This document shows, piece by piece, positions 1 through 16,589 of a stretch of 64,000 nt of DNA (within the stretch, counting starts at the first letter, position 1; each line of letters begins with the position of its first letter). The stretch spans positions 14,942,001-15,006,000 of the forward strand of contig OX597829.1 of NCBI GenBank assembly GCA_951406725.2. The letters are read 5' to 3'. Position numbers and translations under genes: made by a program. Below the pieces are notes generated by a model. It had not been told where the DNA came from. It did not search any database and worked only from the letters and a program-made list of their open reading frames with translations. The DNA comes from Octopus vulgaris (lineage: Eukaryota).

Positions 1-67
1 CTTCAAGATCCAGTTCCCCCAAAAATTATTTCACGTTCTCTCGAAAACTTATAAATTTTTATGACGT

Positions 68-136
<69 letters not shown>

Positions 137-187
137 ATACATATATTTACTTGCATACATTTATAGATGTTAATATTCATACACATA

Positions 188-254
<67 letters not shown>

Positions 255-517
255 TTATATATATATATATATATAAATAAAAGCACATATGCATACTCAC
301 AAACATACACACATACAGACACACATTCACACACACATACATATAATTATGTGTGTATACTTGAAGGAAAGAATTGGATAAATGCAGTTAAGCACTACGC
401 TCGTTTCCAAAAGCAAAATAATCCATATTATGAGTGTAAAGTTACTTCATAATTTAAGATGTAATCTAACTTTTTATCAGGTGCGAACTGCTAACCATAT
501 GCCGCAATGATTATGCG

Positions 518-596
<79 letters not shown>

Positions 597-1338
597 ATAT
601 GTATATGTGAGTATGTGTGTATATACATATGTGCGTGTGTATATATATACACTTGATAGGGTGTATTACAGGGTTAACACCCGAATAATATATCTATATC
701 TATACATATATTTATATATTTATACATATATACACATATGCATACGTACGTATATATACATAAATATACATATACAATTCTGCCCTACACTAAGGAAACA
801 ATGACATCAACAGCGATGATGCAACAGAAACCAATGATACCCAACTAAATTTGTTATCTCATACCGGAAGTAAGCTTTCTGATGTACAGACCTCTGTTTC
901 CAGAAAAGCAAACTGTGATGTACTTTGGCTTTCTTATGTCTCTTTTTTTAAATATCATATTGATGTTGTATAAATTTCTACATACACGAAGAACGATAAA
1001 AAAACGACAAATGATTAAACTATGAAACGTTATAAAACGATAAAACGATAAAACTATTTAAAACCATGAAACGATGGAATGATGAACGTTCTCTTGCACG
1101 CATATTTGACTAGAGTTCCATTCCTGTCTAAACTTCGACATCAACTCCGACGAAAGAATTATCATATAGCATATATTCATAGACATCGGGTTTTGGGGTT
1201 TGCATTTTCGGATAGTCTCTCTTGTTATAAGAGACAGCAACGTTTTGAGAAGTTGTTGTTCATAAAGAAGAATAATGCCATTCAACAAGGGAATTTGTCA
1301 TAATATTTATATGCATACTACACACACAGACTCATAAA

Positions 1339-1418
<80 letters not shown>

Positions 1419-1664
1419 CGTATATGTATATATATATATGTATATATAATTACATATATATAGGTATACACACACACACACACGCGCACACACATGTATA
1501 TTGTCCCTGTGTACATTTGAAAGTATAATTATGGAAGGAAATTTGTTATGTTTCTGTCAAACTTGTCTCATCAAACTATGATGCGAGTCTAACATGTATG
1601 TGCGTGCGTGTGTGTGTGTATGTGCATATGTGTGTATACATACATATATGCATACATACATGCA

Positions 1665-1796
<132 letters not shown>

Positions 1797-2381
1797 ATTT
1801 CAGTGTAATATTTCCGTGGAAAACCAAACTAAATAAAACATCAAAGGATCGGATCTTTCAAGAAAGAATAATACAAATTTATGAAGAATCAGATTTTTTA
1901 TTGCAAAATCAGTCAAGTAAGCTTTAGCAAAAATCAATTTTTTGTATTTAAATACATTCGATTTTACTTTCTATCACAAATCGAAGGCCTTGCACTACTA
2001 TTTAAAATATCATACTATTATAAAAAAGCACTTTTAAGATGAACTATATATGATGAATTATAAAATTCTACGATATCATACTAAATATAATATATTCCAG
2101 TTTCCTGTTACCTATTTGTCAGTAGATTTATACAAACAAGTAGCCCCCAAATACTTAGAATAATACGTTTATAAGCTAATATACACATGCATTGATACAT
2201 ACACACACACAGACACTCACACACTCATACACACATAGACATATATATTTGCATGCATGCATATCTATATTTATATGCTTTTAAATATATATACATATAT
2301 ATATACAGACGTGTGAGTGAATACAGATATATATTCATTTATGTATGCATATATATTTATATATATATATATTTATGTATG

Positions 2382-2428
<47 letters not shown>

Positions 2429-2795
2429 AGGAGATAGAGAGAGAGAGAGAGAGTTAAGCGTATTCAATTGATATGTATTTGAATACTTATGGAATTATTC
2501 TGTATATGTGAAACACACACATACACACATGTTTGTATTTATGCATGTATGTATGCATATATATTCATGTATACATATACAACAGAGCGGGACTGAACAA
2601 GGTGTTATGCGATTAGAAAGGAATTTTTTTACTATACACCCATGCCTGAACTACGATGGCTGTCAACACGTTAAGAGAGTTAGGCCCGGGGAGTGACTAG
2701 CTGAGTAACCCTCGTTGAGTAATTATTACATCAGACGATCCGCTAGCTTGGAAATATATCTAGCTTGGATCCTACCTGCTACACACCCTCTATCT

Positions 2796-2856
<61 letters not shown>

Positions 2857-3211
2857 CACGTAAACCTATCCTTATTTAAAGGAAAAAAGTCTTTATAAAT
2901 ATATACATTTTTGTGGTTATATATATATATAAATATATACACGCACTTCAGGTGTTGGCAGCCATCATAATTCTGTATCTTCTTTAACAAGAATTGTATT
3001 GACAGAGAATTCGTAGTTTGCTCTGCTTAACCTTGAAGCGGGCCGAAACCTAGAAGACGCTGTCGCCCACTTTTCTTGTAAATATATAATAAATAAGTAT
3101 TCAACAATCTGTTCTAAAATTGGTTTTATAGAAACTCTACATAAAATAAGCATATATACGTATACATGTGTGTTTGTATGAGCGTGTGTGTGTGTGTGTG
3201 TGAGTCTATTT

Positions 3212-4455
<1,244 letters not shown>

Positions 4456-4827
4456 GCCCCTTATGAAGGTAATGGCACTTACGAAGCTGCTGTTGCAATC
4501 AGCAGAAACATATACAAAACATCCGTAAAATACATAGAACTAAGTCGGCCATATTACCGTTACTATATTGTTTGCATTCATTTCTTCAATTCACAATCCG
4601 ATTTTGCGTCATAAATCTATAACTGCAGACATGTTAATAAAGATTGTGCAAGATTGGTTATAAACTGTGAACACTCTCGTTAAGGCAATATCGTTCACTC
4701 TATTTTTTCGATGCTATTTTTAATGCATACATGTAAACATATATAGGTACATACATACATACGTACATACATATATGTATGTGTGTGTGTGTGTGTGTAT
4801 GAAGTATGTATTAGTGTGTGTCTTTTT

Positions 4828-4915
4828 GTTTTGCTTGTGTCAGACTCTTGCTGCACTAAGTTTCACCAGTATTTATACAGGGCCTTCGGACAAGTTGCGA
4901 TTGGGAAATTGATGG

Positions 4916-4920
<5 letters not shown>
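4828..4920 (-). mobile_element. Third copy of the 6971/7827 HHR-bearing terminal repeat, abutting (CA)n
   Basis: Minus strand 4847-4894: CTTGT CCGAAGG CCCT...TGGT GAAA CTTAGTG CA GCAAG aligns with the two copies above. Confidence 0.6.
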
Positions 4921-4992
<72 letters not shown>

Positions 4993-5273
4993 AGACACAC
5001 ACACACATTCACACACACACATGCTTTCTAGCCAAAGGTTTTGGTGGGGAGAAAAAGTGTGTTAAAGAGGTGAAAATGAGGGAAACAGGAAGGTGAAAAC
5101 TATAATTAAAGAAGCAAACTCTATCAATTTCACAATCACGTCCAATTTTCCAATCGCAAAGAAAAGAAGAGTTGCAAGATGCTGTCTTAACCGAGAAAGA
5201 ACATTATTCTATATCATGCTATTCAATCCTCTTTTTTTCCGATAAGTGATACTAAACAAATAATATATATATA

Positions 5274-5427
5274 TATTAATCAAAGGAAATACCGTGTATA
5301 TCTACCTGCTGGTGATAACAGTCAAAACTCATATCTAAACTGCCGTGCTTTTTTTCGGCAGTCTAAATAAAAGTTTTGACTGTTATTTTCAGCAGGTAGA
5401 CATACTCAGTATGTCCTTTGATTAATA
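5274..5427. repeat. About 155-bp hairpin element next to a TA run
   Basis: TATTAATCAAAGG...AACTGCCG (loop) CGGCAGT...CCTTTGATTAATA; possible decayed HHR (GTCTA CCTGCTGA..CAAAAC..TAGAC). Confidence 0.8.
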
Positions 5428-6059
5428 CAAATTTTAATCCTTCAGTTATTTAATTCTATATTATTAATTCTTTTATTATTAATTTCCATATATTACCCTC
5501 GATAATAACAGAGTTAATAATATTTTCGCAAATTTTCACTCCTGAATTATTTGCTCATTATTGGAATTATATATGTATATATATTCCTTACTATTACCGT
5601 GTGTGTATATGCATGTACTTTTCAACTGTTGCTTTAAAGTGAGGTTTTTCAGATGACATAACAACGAAAGCAGTTTTGGGAAAGGATCTAGAATTTCTTT
5701 AAGCATTCAGCATCTCGAGCTGTGATGCATAACGAATCTGTGATAGAATGAAATTTTATTGGGGTATATTTTGGGAAATATTTAGTCATATTTCGTCGTT
5801 GTCATTTGTTCGGCGGAATATGCCTTCGTGAGAGGATCTTGATACTAAATTTAACCTCTCCTATTAGCAAGCAGTTTTCGAAGTACTATACCATATTTTC
5901 TGCACTTTGCGGCGGTCTTTCAATATCACATTATATCGTACGTTGTTGCATTTGCAATATTAGTTCTGCTGGTGCGTACGTTTAGATAAGAGATTAAAGC
6001 TTGCTCTTATCGCCGCTTTTTTTCTTACAATCGGCTGCTGAGGATATAACTTTAATCTT

Positions 6060-6536
6060 TTATTTGTTTCACTCACTGGACTGCAGCCATGCTAAAGCGT
6101 CGCTTTGAAGGATTCGGCTGAACAAATAAAACTCAATGTTTATTTGACGCTCTCTTCCTTTTTTTTTTTTTTCTTGTCAAACCTCTTAATTACGAGAACA
6201 AGCCAGCATAACCTGTCAAGTGGTAGTAGGGGACAAGCACAAAGACGAAAAAACACGCAATTACTCTCTTTATGTCTGTCTGTTGCTCTCTTTCTCTCTC
6301 TCTCTCTCGCTCTATATTTCTGTCTGTATGTCTCTCTCTGTTTTTCTCTCTTACACACTCACACACACACACATGCATATACAAATATTTATGACCGTTT
6401 TTTCAGTTTCGGTCTATCAAATCCACTCCCAGGGTTATAGCAGAAGACACTGGCCCAATGTGCCATGCAGCAGGACTGCATCTAGAATCATGTAGCTGGG
6501 AAGTAAGCTTCAAACCACACCGCCATGTCTGCACCT
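6060..6536 (-). mobile_element. SINE family A, diverged
   Basis: CAAATCCACTC..TATAGCAGAAGACACT..CCACAC. Confidence 0.75.
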
Positions 6537-6970
6537 CACTCCACAGTCATGTCTTCAATATATCGACAACTAATTTTGCTAATATATTTGAAGAGTAGTT
6601 AGAATATTTATCAGTTATTGATTATTTACTATTTTAGTGTTCTGATGTATCACAACTCCGTTGTAGTTGCTTATGGTGACATTGAACGATTCTTCTCTGG
6701 GTCTTCGGTCGCTTGAAATCTTACTTGAAAATCAGAGACACTCTAGCATGCACAATCATACCGGCACAGTTAGTTACCCATGAAAGTGCTGTCTCTCTTT
6801 CCGAATTAAAATGTCTGTGTGAGATTTGTCCTTACAACTGACCGATCAAAATCTGCGATATTGAATAAAAAGATATGGTTGTGTGTGTGTGTGCATGTGC
6901 ATGTGTGTATTAATTTTGTGTTAACTGTTGGGGAAAAAGGAGTACTTAATATCATGGTACAGATTAATAT

Positions 6971-7827
6971 TTTATTTTGGTCGAGTTAGTCTCCTGCTAC
7001 GCTGAGTTTCACCAGTAGACACATAGGATTTTCAGGCAAGCTGTGACTGGAAAATTGATGAGGTTTGCACATCTACATATAGATTTCTACCATAGGGTGT
7101 GATGACGGATGGAAAGTATGATAAAAGTGGGGAAAGGAGGAAAACAGAAGAGATAAAGGGGGAGCGGTAAAAGGGAGGAGAGAAATAGAAAGAAAAGCAA
7201 AAGGAAAAATAAAAGGGGATATAAGGAAGAAAACGAGGGAAAGGAAGGAGGAAAATATAGAAGGAAAGAAGAGAAAGGTGTGGGAAAGAATGAAAGGGAG
7301 AAAGAGGGAAACAGGAAAATGAAGAAGAAAGAGAAAAGGAAAATTTCCATTCGTTCCTTCGAACAGTTTATCATCTGTTATTCTTCTACGAAATTATATT
7401 CTTCAAGCCCCTCTTTCTTCTTTTACTTTTTTCTCTTTCTCATTGTTCCCTTTTGCTCTTTTTACTTTTTCTCTTTCTTATTTTTCTATTTCCTTTCTAT
7501 TTATGCTTCTCTCCTTTCCTTCTTCCGCTCTCCTTTCTCTATTCTTTTCCTTCTACATTTTCGCCTTTTTCTCTTCTTTATTTTTATTTTTCCTTTTTTT
7601 CTATTACTCTCATTTCTTCTCCTCTTATAATTTTTCGCTTTCCTTTTTTCCTTTTTTTGTTTTTCCCTATTTATTATACTTTCTCCCGATCAGCATACCC
7701 TAACATTAGAAAACTAAATATAAATGTGCAAACTCCATCAAGTTTCTAATCACAACTTGCCAGAAGTTCCTATGAGCCTGCAGGTAAAACTCAGAGTAGC
7801 AAGAGGCTGACACAGCTAAAATAAAAC
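6971..7827. mobile_element. About 860-bp degenerate fold-back element with hammerhead-like motifs near both ends
   Basis: 6971-7140 is the reverse complement of 7660-7827; a purine-rich left arm mirrors a pyrimidine-rich right arm; HHR-like motifs at 6993-7040 (-) and 7756-7803 (+). Confidence 0.7.
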
Positions 7828-8242
7828 ACACACACAGACGTACAGAAACACGCACACAGACACGCACACTGACACACATATATAGAAAAATACATCGAAG
7901 AATGGAGTTAGTAATATTGCTTTTAGCAGACTGTGTTTCACCAATCGTTTCACCAATTCACGTTTTAACCTATCAATTTTATTATTGATGCTACGGAACA
8001 CGTAAACAGCAGCAGTGATGTTATTTTTTTTATTCCATTCACTTGGGTTAGTGAGTTGTTTTACAATTTTGACGTCGATATTGTTTAGAGCATGTTTATT
8101 GATACTCCAGTTTCACTGATCAGAGAATTCATCAAACTGCATTTGACGATTTCCGAAACATTGTTTTCTAGTCCTTTATGGAGATATATAAATGCTTTGC
8201 TTAGCAATGCATTCAATCATTTTTTAAAAATCTAATGTTAGC

Positions 8243-8314
<72 letters not shown>

Positions 8315-8450
8315 GTCAGGTATATATATATATATATATATATAGATAGATAGACAGACAGACAGACAGATGGAAAGAATATGAACAAATACACACCCAC
8401 ACTCACACACTCAGACACACACACACTTCCTCTCACACACACATAGACAC

Positions 8451-8914
8451 AATTCAAATTGAGGAAAAGAGAATGCAAATCAATGTTACGTTCGTTTCGG
8501 TGAACAAACGCCATTTATTTCATATTTCATACAAAGTTATTTAACTCATACAATGTTTTGGTTCCTTGATTTCTTTGGACTTTCGAATTTCAGTCACAAT
8601 CAACTTATGAGACAAACTCACAATGTGGGATTAATTTTCACCGCTCCATAGGTGTGTCTGACAACCAGACAACAGGTGAAATTGTAGATGTTAATTCATC
8701 GTATAATTATAGTGCAGCAAAAATTCCTCCCACATTGTGAAAATATTTCATAAATTATTTGTGATTCAAATTATAACCTCTGAAGAAGTGAATGAACACT
8801 CAAGTTTTCGCACGAAATGCATCACTTAGTATGTAATGTAATATGAAATAAAATGCATTCGTTCACCGAAATGTGCACGACATTGGATTGTCTTCTCTTT
8901 TCTCAATTTAAATT
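8451..8914. mobile_element. Degenerate fold-back element with hammerhead core at 8780-8823 (+)
   Basis: Outer IR of about 85 bp (AAATTGAGGAAAAGAGAA...TTCGGTGAAC) and inner IR (CACAATGTGGGA/TCCCACATTGTG); CTGAAGA A GTG..CAC GAAA TGCA TC; stem I is not evident. Confidence 0.6.
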
Positions 8915-8987
8915 ATTGTTATTCACTTTGTGAGGATTCTAGCACATCTGTTCGATAAACATGCCTTGAATTAGGGATATATATATA

Positions 8988-9040
<53 letters not shown>

Positions 9041-9897
9041 TATATATAGATAGATAGATAGATATAGATATATATATGTACACACACATATATACATATG
9101 TATATATGCATATTATTGACTATTTTCTTCTCTAATGTCGCTATCATTATTGTTACGCGCTCACGCACATACACACACATACCCACACACGCACACAACA
9201 TACATAGCCTCGAAAAGCTAGGTTAAAAATACAATAACAACAGACTTGAAAGCCTCATTGCATATTTCTTTGAAAATGCTCAGTAAGTCAAGTGGTATTT
9301 AATCAGAACTGTTTTCCTATCATAGATAATAACTGACGCATTCAGCTAATTACCTTATATATTTGTCACCTCACACGATTTTAACACCTCTTGTGACTTT
9401 ACTCTATAACTAATAAGATATATATTTATTAGAGTAATTATTGATTTGATCTAATGTGACTCTATATTGATTGATAGATTTTTTTGTTATATTCAGTTGT
9501 AGTTCTTAATAATGGTGGTGGCGCTGGTAGTATTGTTGTTGTTAGAAATTAAATGTATTTAGCACTTCCACTGACATTTGGAATGCATACATGTGAGTGT
9601 GTGTGTCTATCTGTGCGTGTGTGTGTGTGTGTGTGTGTGTGATAGAGAGAGAAAGAGAAAGAGTGCATGTGTATGTGTGAGTGTGCGTATTCATATATTT
9701 ATGCATGTATCTATATCTATATATGTGCATGTGTGCATGTTTATATCAATAAAGTTCTATAGAAAGGTCATTTTTTTCTTCACTTTCCCTCATTATCTCT
9801 TGTAATCCGTACTCCATATTAACTAAGACAATGCATTTTCTCGGCTAGTTAACCAATAAACATACACATTTGCAAAAATACACTTAGCACTCACAAA

Positions 9898-10105
9898 CTG
9901 CTCGCTGAATTGTTAGTATGGCGGACAAAATGCTTAGCGGAATCTCTTCTGGCTTTTTACGTTCTGACTTCAAAACCCGCCGATGTATACTTTGCCTTTC
10001 ATTTCTTAGGGATCGATCAACTAAAGTACGAATAAAGTACGTGTCGATTATATCAATTTGTCACCGCCCCATGAAACTGCCGGTCTTGCCCCAAAATTTG
10101 TGACC
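9898..10105 (+). mobile_element. SINE family B, diverged (other old copies at about 16200-16340 + and 57900-58060 -)
   Basis: AAAATGCTTAGCGG..ACGTTCTGA..CTTTGCCTTTCAT. Confidence 0.7.
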
Positions 10106-10124
10106 ATTATTATTATTATTATTA

Positions 10125-10437
<313 letters not shown>

Positions 10438-10487
10438 CATTGTTATTATTATTGTTGTTGTTGCTGTTATTGTACTGGTTTTCATTT

Positions 10488-10875
10488 ATTCTTTTACTTG
10501 CTTCAGTCATTTGACTGCGGTCATGCTGGAGCACTTCCTTGAAGGGTTTTAGTCGAATAAATTGATCCCAGTACATATTTCTTAAGCCTAGTACTTATTC
10601 TATCGGTATCCCTTGTCGAACCTCTAAGCGACGGGAACATAAGCACACCCAACACCGATTGTCAACCGATGATGAGGGTATAAACACAGACACAAAGACT
10701 CATACACATAAGTACACACAAACACACATATATACGATGGGATTCTTTCAGTTTCTACTCACACGACTTTGGTTTGTCCGAGACTATAGTAGAATACACT
10801 TGCCCAAGGTACCATGAAGTGGGACTGAACCCGGTGCCATGTGGTTGAGAATCAAGCTTATTATCACACAGCCAC
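10488..10875 (-). mobile_element. SINE family A
   Basis: TTTTACTTGCTTCAGTCATTTGACTGCGG...GGGACTGAACCCGG. Confidence 0.85.
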
Positions 10876-11440
10876 AACAAGGTTTATCTTGGTAGTTCCA
10901 TGCGAGTTTGTACTGGTACACTTCCGTACACAAATGCCAGGTACATTTCCGTACACCTGTTCTTTTTTGTGTGTGTATGTGTGTGTGTGTGGGGGGGGGG
11001 GCAGAGTGATAGTAGTGGTGGTTGTGCAAGGGGAGTTTACACTCCTCCTGATCATGTACTTCAGCTGTTTGCTTTACTATGCTTTTCAGAATTGTTGTGT
11101 CTTGTTATATCATAAGGTTTGTTCTTTCGTGGGTGCTGAATGTAATATGAATTGTGTTATTTGATTGGACCGTAATCATGTGAATGTGACGTACGTTAAG
11201 TTGTTTTGGATTATTATATGCTTGTTGTGTAGGGTGTGTGTTATCTGGTGAAGATAGTTCTGTGTGAACCATTTTATCGAATCATGAGCATTTCTATTGA
11301 ATTGATAGTGTCTTGCGCAAGCTGGGGCATGTTCCCGGTTGAGTTATATTTTAGGGCGGGGGGAGTATGCAGCGTTGGGAGAATTGTTACAGATTCATTG
11401 TTTCTTTCCATTCATTTTTAATCATGCCTAATGTTCCAAT
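10876..11440 (-). mobile_element. Probable LINE 3' remnant
   Basis: A/C-rich minus strand lying between a SINE and CTT/ATT tracts; no intact motif. Confidence 0.3.
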
Positions 11441-11442
11441 TG

Positions 11443-11934
<492 letters not shown>

Positions 11935-13030
11935 GGGGGTGAGCTGACAGAACCGTTAGCATGCCGGGCAAAATGCTGAATGGTATTTCGCATGTCTTTA
12001 CGTTCTGAGTTCAACTTCCGCGGAGGTCAACTTTGCCTTTCATCCTTTCAGGGTCGATGAAATAAGTACCAGTTATACAGTGGGGTTGATGTAATCGACT
12101 TATCCCCTCCCCGAAGATTTCAAGCTCTGTGCCTATAACAGAAAGTATTATTATAATTGATGGCGCTAATCTGGCAGAACCGTTAAGAAGCCGGACAAAA
12201 CAGCGGCATTTCATTCGAATTTACATCCTGAGTCCAAATTCCACTGAAATCAAACATGCCATTTATCCTTTCGGAGTAGATAAAATAAGTACCAGTTGAG
12301 AACTGGGACAATTGATTAGCACCCTCTCTTGAAATTCCATGCCTTCTGTCTATAGTCAAGAGGGTACTTGTTAGTCTTTGTATAGGTGCTGTTGTTGTTG
12401 TTATTAGTTGTAGCATTAGTAGACAGCAGATTGGACAAAACAGCAGTCACATTGTATTGTTGTTGTTCTTAAGCAACAAGACGGGTAAGGGTGGTTAGGT
12501 GATGGTCTAGGGCTTAGGGGCAGGAGAAACCAGACCTTAGAAAAAAAAAAACTTTGGTCGTCTTGTTGTAGTCGAGGGCTCTTCGTTGACGTCCGACACC
12601 ACTGGGAGGTGGCCCTCGAAGTCGCTGGAAATGGAGATCTCCAGGTCCAAATTCTTGAACGGCGTCAAATTGTATTGGAGTATGTAGTCATGTTCTTTCA
12701 CATTCTAACATGCACTGTGGCTTTCATCTTTCCCAGGTCAATAGAATAACTACCAGTTATATACCGGTATTGAGAAATCCCTTATAACCTTTCATAGATT
12801 TCGTGGCCTTGAACGAACGTTCGAAATTGATATTTATATAATTACATCCTGACGTTGTTGGCGGTGGTTGGCAGAATAGATAGAATTGCGTTGCGAATTT
12901 CGCAGTTTTTCTTCTAAACTTTACGTCTGGTGCGTAATTCCTGTTTGTGGTCAACTTACTGCTTAATTTTTCTGCAATCGATAAAAATGTACCAGTCGGA
13001 AACTGAAGTCAGTTTAATTGACCGCATCAT
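11935..13030 (+). mobile_element. Cluster of 4 diverged SINE family B copies
   Basis: Approximately 11935-12150, 12160-12360, 12680-12800 and 12860-13030. Confidence 0.7.
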
Positions 13031-13704
13031 TTGTTCCCAGATGTATAGCATTATACCACTGTTACACAAAAACGGTCTTGACGACTTTGTTGCTGCTGTT
13101 GTTGTAGTTGTAAGCACATTCTTGTCAAAGCAGATTTTGTTTCTGCGTTCGTTTGAATCGCATACATTTCAATAATGTCAGTTTATATTCTTCTTCAGGC
13201 CTTTACATATTTATTTCAATGTACTAAACGTGTCTTGGGACCAAAATCATTCGCAATTTTCATTTTAATTTACTGGAAAAGGCAAAAGAAAAAAATGATA
13301 ATAATACTAATAATAATAACTGTAAGCAAGAAGCATCAGGCGTCTCAGTTGAATGAACTGATTAATAACAATAATGTTCCATAACGTTCAATAATTTAAC
13401 ATTGGCATTCAATTGGAAATAAACACTACAACATATATCTTTCATAGTAAGTAACAATATGTGTATCGCTGGTGACGCTTTTAATGGTGATGGCGGTGAT
13501 AGTGGTGATGTTGGTTATAGTGGTTTTTATTGTTTTTCTGTTTTATAAATCAGAGCAATATGTGATAATATAGAGACAAGGAATAGAGTTATAACAGCAG
13601 AACGTGAATTTACCATCATAAAGAATAGCCGCATTCAATATCCGATATTTCTTGACACAATGATGAATCGTGATCAATTAATATTTGAATAAATATTATA
13701 TTAA

Positions 13705-13753
<49 letters not shown>

Positions 13754-13831
13754 ACTATCTAAACTCGATATATATGTGTATATATATATATATATAAATA
13801 AACACACATACAGATAACAATCTAAACTCAA

Positions 13832-13921
<90 letters not shown>

Positions 13922-14240
13922 ATCTGTATGTATGTGTGTGTAAGTGTCTGTGCGCATTATAACGCGCAGGCACACCGCACCCCATACACATATATATCAC
14001 TATATATAGACACTATAATTTCAGAGATATATATATATATATATGTACACACACTTTTACCTTTCACAATTTTACTAATTTTATAGATATATTGTGTATA
14101 TATTGTATATTATTCGCACTTATCACTCTCTCTCTCTCTCTCTCTGTATATATATATGTATATATATGTATATATTTATGTATATTTATGTATATTTATG
14201 TATATGTATATATATATTTATGTATATGTATATATATATT

Positions 14241-14290
<50 letters not shown>

Positions 14291-14461
14291 AATATACACA
14301 AACATGTGGGCGGATAGATCGTACCAGGTTGATTAATCAAAAATACTCATTTTGAAGAAGTCCCCATTGGCGAGAGTACAGTCCGATATGCATATTAATT
14401 CACTTATCTCTATTTGAATATAAGAATATATGTATGTGTATTTATTCATGTATGCAGATGT

Positions 14462-14514
<53 letters not shown>

Positions 14515-15110
14515 TATATATGTGTATGTATGTATGTATGTATTATAATATAAAGGGAGAGCATGCATATGTGTTTCTCTCTATATACAGGATTTTAGCT
14601 GCATCTAAGTGTATACATACTTATTGAAACCTTCACATATACTTAGAGGATAGGCTTTGCAGTCAAAAATATGTACACAAAATGGGTATATATTGCATAG
14701 ATACAAATTACTTAGAAGGATATGACCCTATAAGCATATATGACATTACATATGTATATATATAATTTAATGCTCATTGTTAAACATTATAATGTTTTGC
14801 TCGAGTTAAATACACAGTATAAGGAATGGTTCTATATAAAGGATGAATTTATGTATAAAAGTAAACACGCCTACTTATGTGGATCAATACAAATGCACGA
14901 ATATATACAATTAATACACATATGTGCGTTTGTGTGTGTGAGTAAGTTTGTGTGTGTGTATGTATGTGTATGCCTATACATATATATATGTACGTATATA
15001 TATGTATGTGAATATATGTATTTGTATGTATGTATATTTATGTACATATATGTATGTGGATATAGGTATATAAATATGTCTGTTATATGCATATGTATAT
15101 GTATATATAC

Positions 15111-15157
<47 letters not shown>

Positions 15158-15421
15158 AATGTATCTATAAACAGTTTATACGGCTGAACACTTCTGTGTT
15201 ACTATTCGCATTTTGCTACCAAATTCTCCTGTCCTCTGGCGGGGCACATGACAATGGTGTGAATATGTATAAAATACCGTCCCGTTTGTCTCCTTGTGAA
15301 TCGAGAATATACGAAAATGCGAGTAGTTCCCCAGCAGACATAAGCCGAATAGATCAAGTATTTATGCTCTGTGATATCCATTGAGTACTTCTCCCGATTC
15401 TACTTACCAAGAAATTATTTA

Positions 15422-15483
<62 letters not shown>

Positions 15484-16589
15484 TATGAATATGATTATAT
15501 ATACATGCATATACGTATGAATGTATGCATATCTGCTTGCTCCTGTATATTTGTATTATATATATATTCATTATATATATGGTATATATTAATCATATAT
15601 ACGTGGTATGCTCGTGATATGTGTAATGTATTGCTTCTTAATGATATTAATTTATATATGTTTCTGTGTGTGTGTGTGTGTGCGTATATCTATATATGTA
15701 TACACGCACAAACACATACACGCATACACACACGTACACCAATATACACTTCTTGAGAAACACGTGCTTTGATACAATCTTATTCATAGGCAGAGAAATT
15801 TAAGGTGTTTCAATGTGTATCGAAACTTATGCGTGCGTACACGTGCGAACATGTGTGAACTCGTATGTGTGTATATGTATGTGTCTGTAAATTTACATAA
15901 TAAAGCAAATTACTCGAAGCAGTTATTTCATGGTTTAAACTGTGATTTAGTGCCGAGCCGGGATTATGGTTACATTGACACGGAATTGAGGTGACATAAC
16001 AGGTTAGACATTCGTTTTGCAGTTTATCTATTTTAACTGGACTACGTCTGAAGCGTATGACTTTCATATTGTCGTGTTCAATAAATTGATGCGGGACGGG
16101 CTCCGCTTTGGTTAATTGTCCTCGGCATTCTATATGAACGTGAAGTCATTACGAATTATTCGCTGTTTCACATTCTCTTATAACAGATAAAATAATCATT
16201 TGCTCGGCGAATTAGCAGAATCTTTAGAGCTTTCGGTTGAGTAATGTTCTGGCTCTCTAAACACAGAGTTCGAATCCTGCATTTCGTCCTTTCGATGTCG
16301 ATAATATAAGGTAGCAGGCAAGTACCGGGATCAATCCCCGCCCCCACCGCTTCCTATTTATCTCCATCTTTCTGAATCATACATGTGATTCAAAGGTATA
16401 ACATTGTCAATTTGGGTGACACTGATTCGTCCTGGGAATTTTAATATGAGTTCCCATATCTACAGAACACTTATCCCATTATACGTAAACTTTCAGAAAA
16501 TAAATTCAGTTAATCGAATAACTGAATGCTCCTTGAGCCTGGTGAAAGAGCCATCACTAAAATAATTATTATCAATAAGTATTTAATGT

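Noticed and set aside
1058-1303. Possible host exon or mariner fragment (GIILL...)
   Set aside because: No convincing catalytic motifs or splice-consistent frame.
12480-12680. GC-rich island as a possible exon or promoter
   Set aside because: Short, lies within a SINE cluster, and has no supportable ORF or splice pair; probably a repeat fragment.
13150-13205. Minus-strand CTGAAGA...GAAA
   Set aside because: No stem I or valid NUH geometry; likely chance. The same applies to CUGANGA hits at about 19096, 27467, 39367 and 57645.
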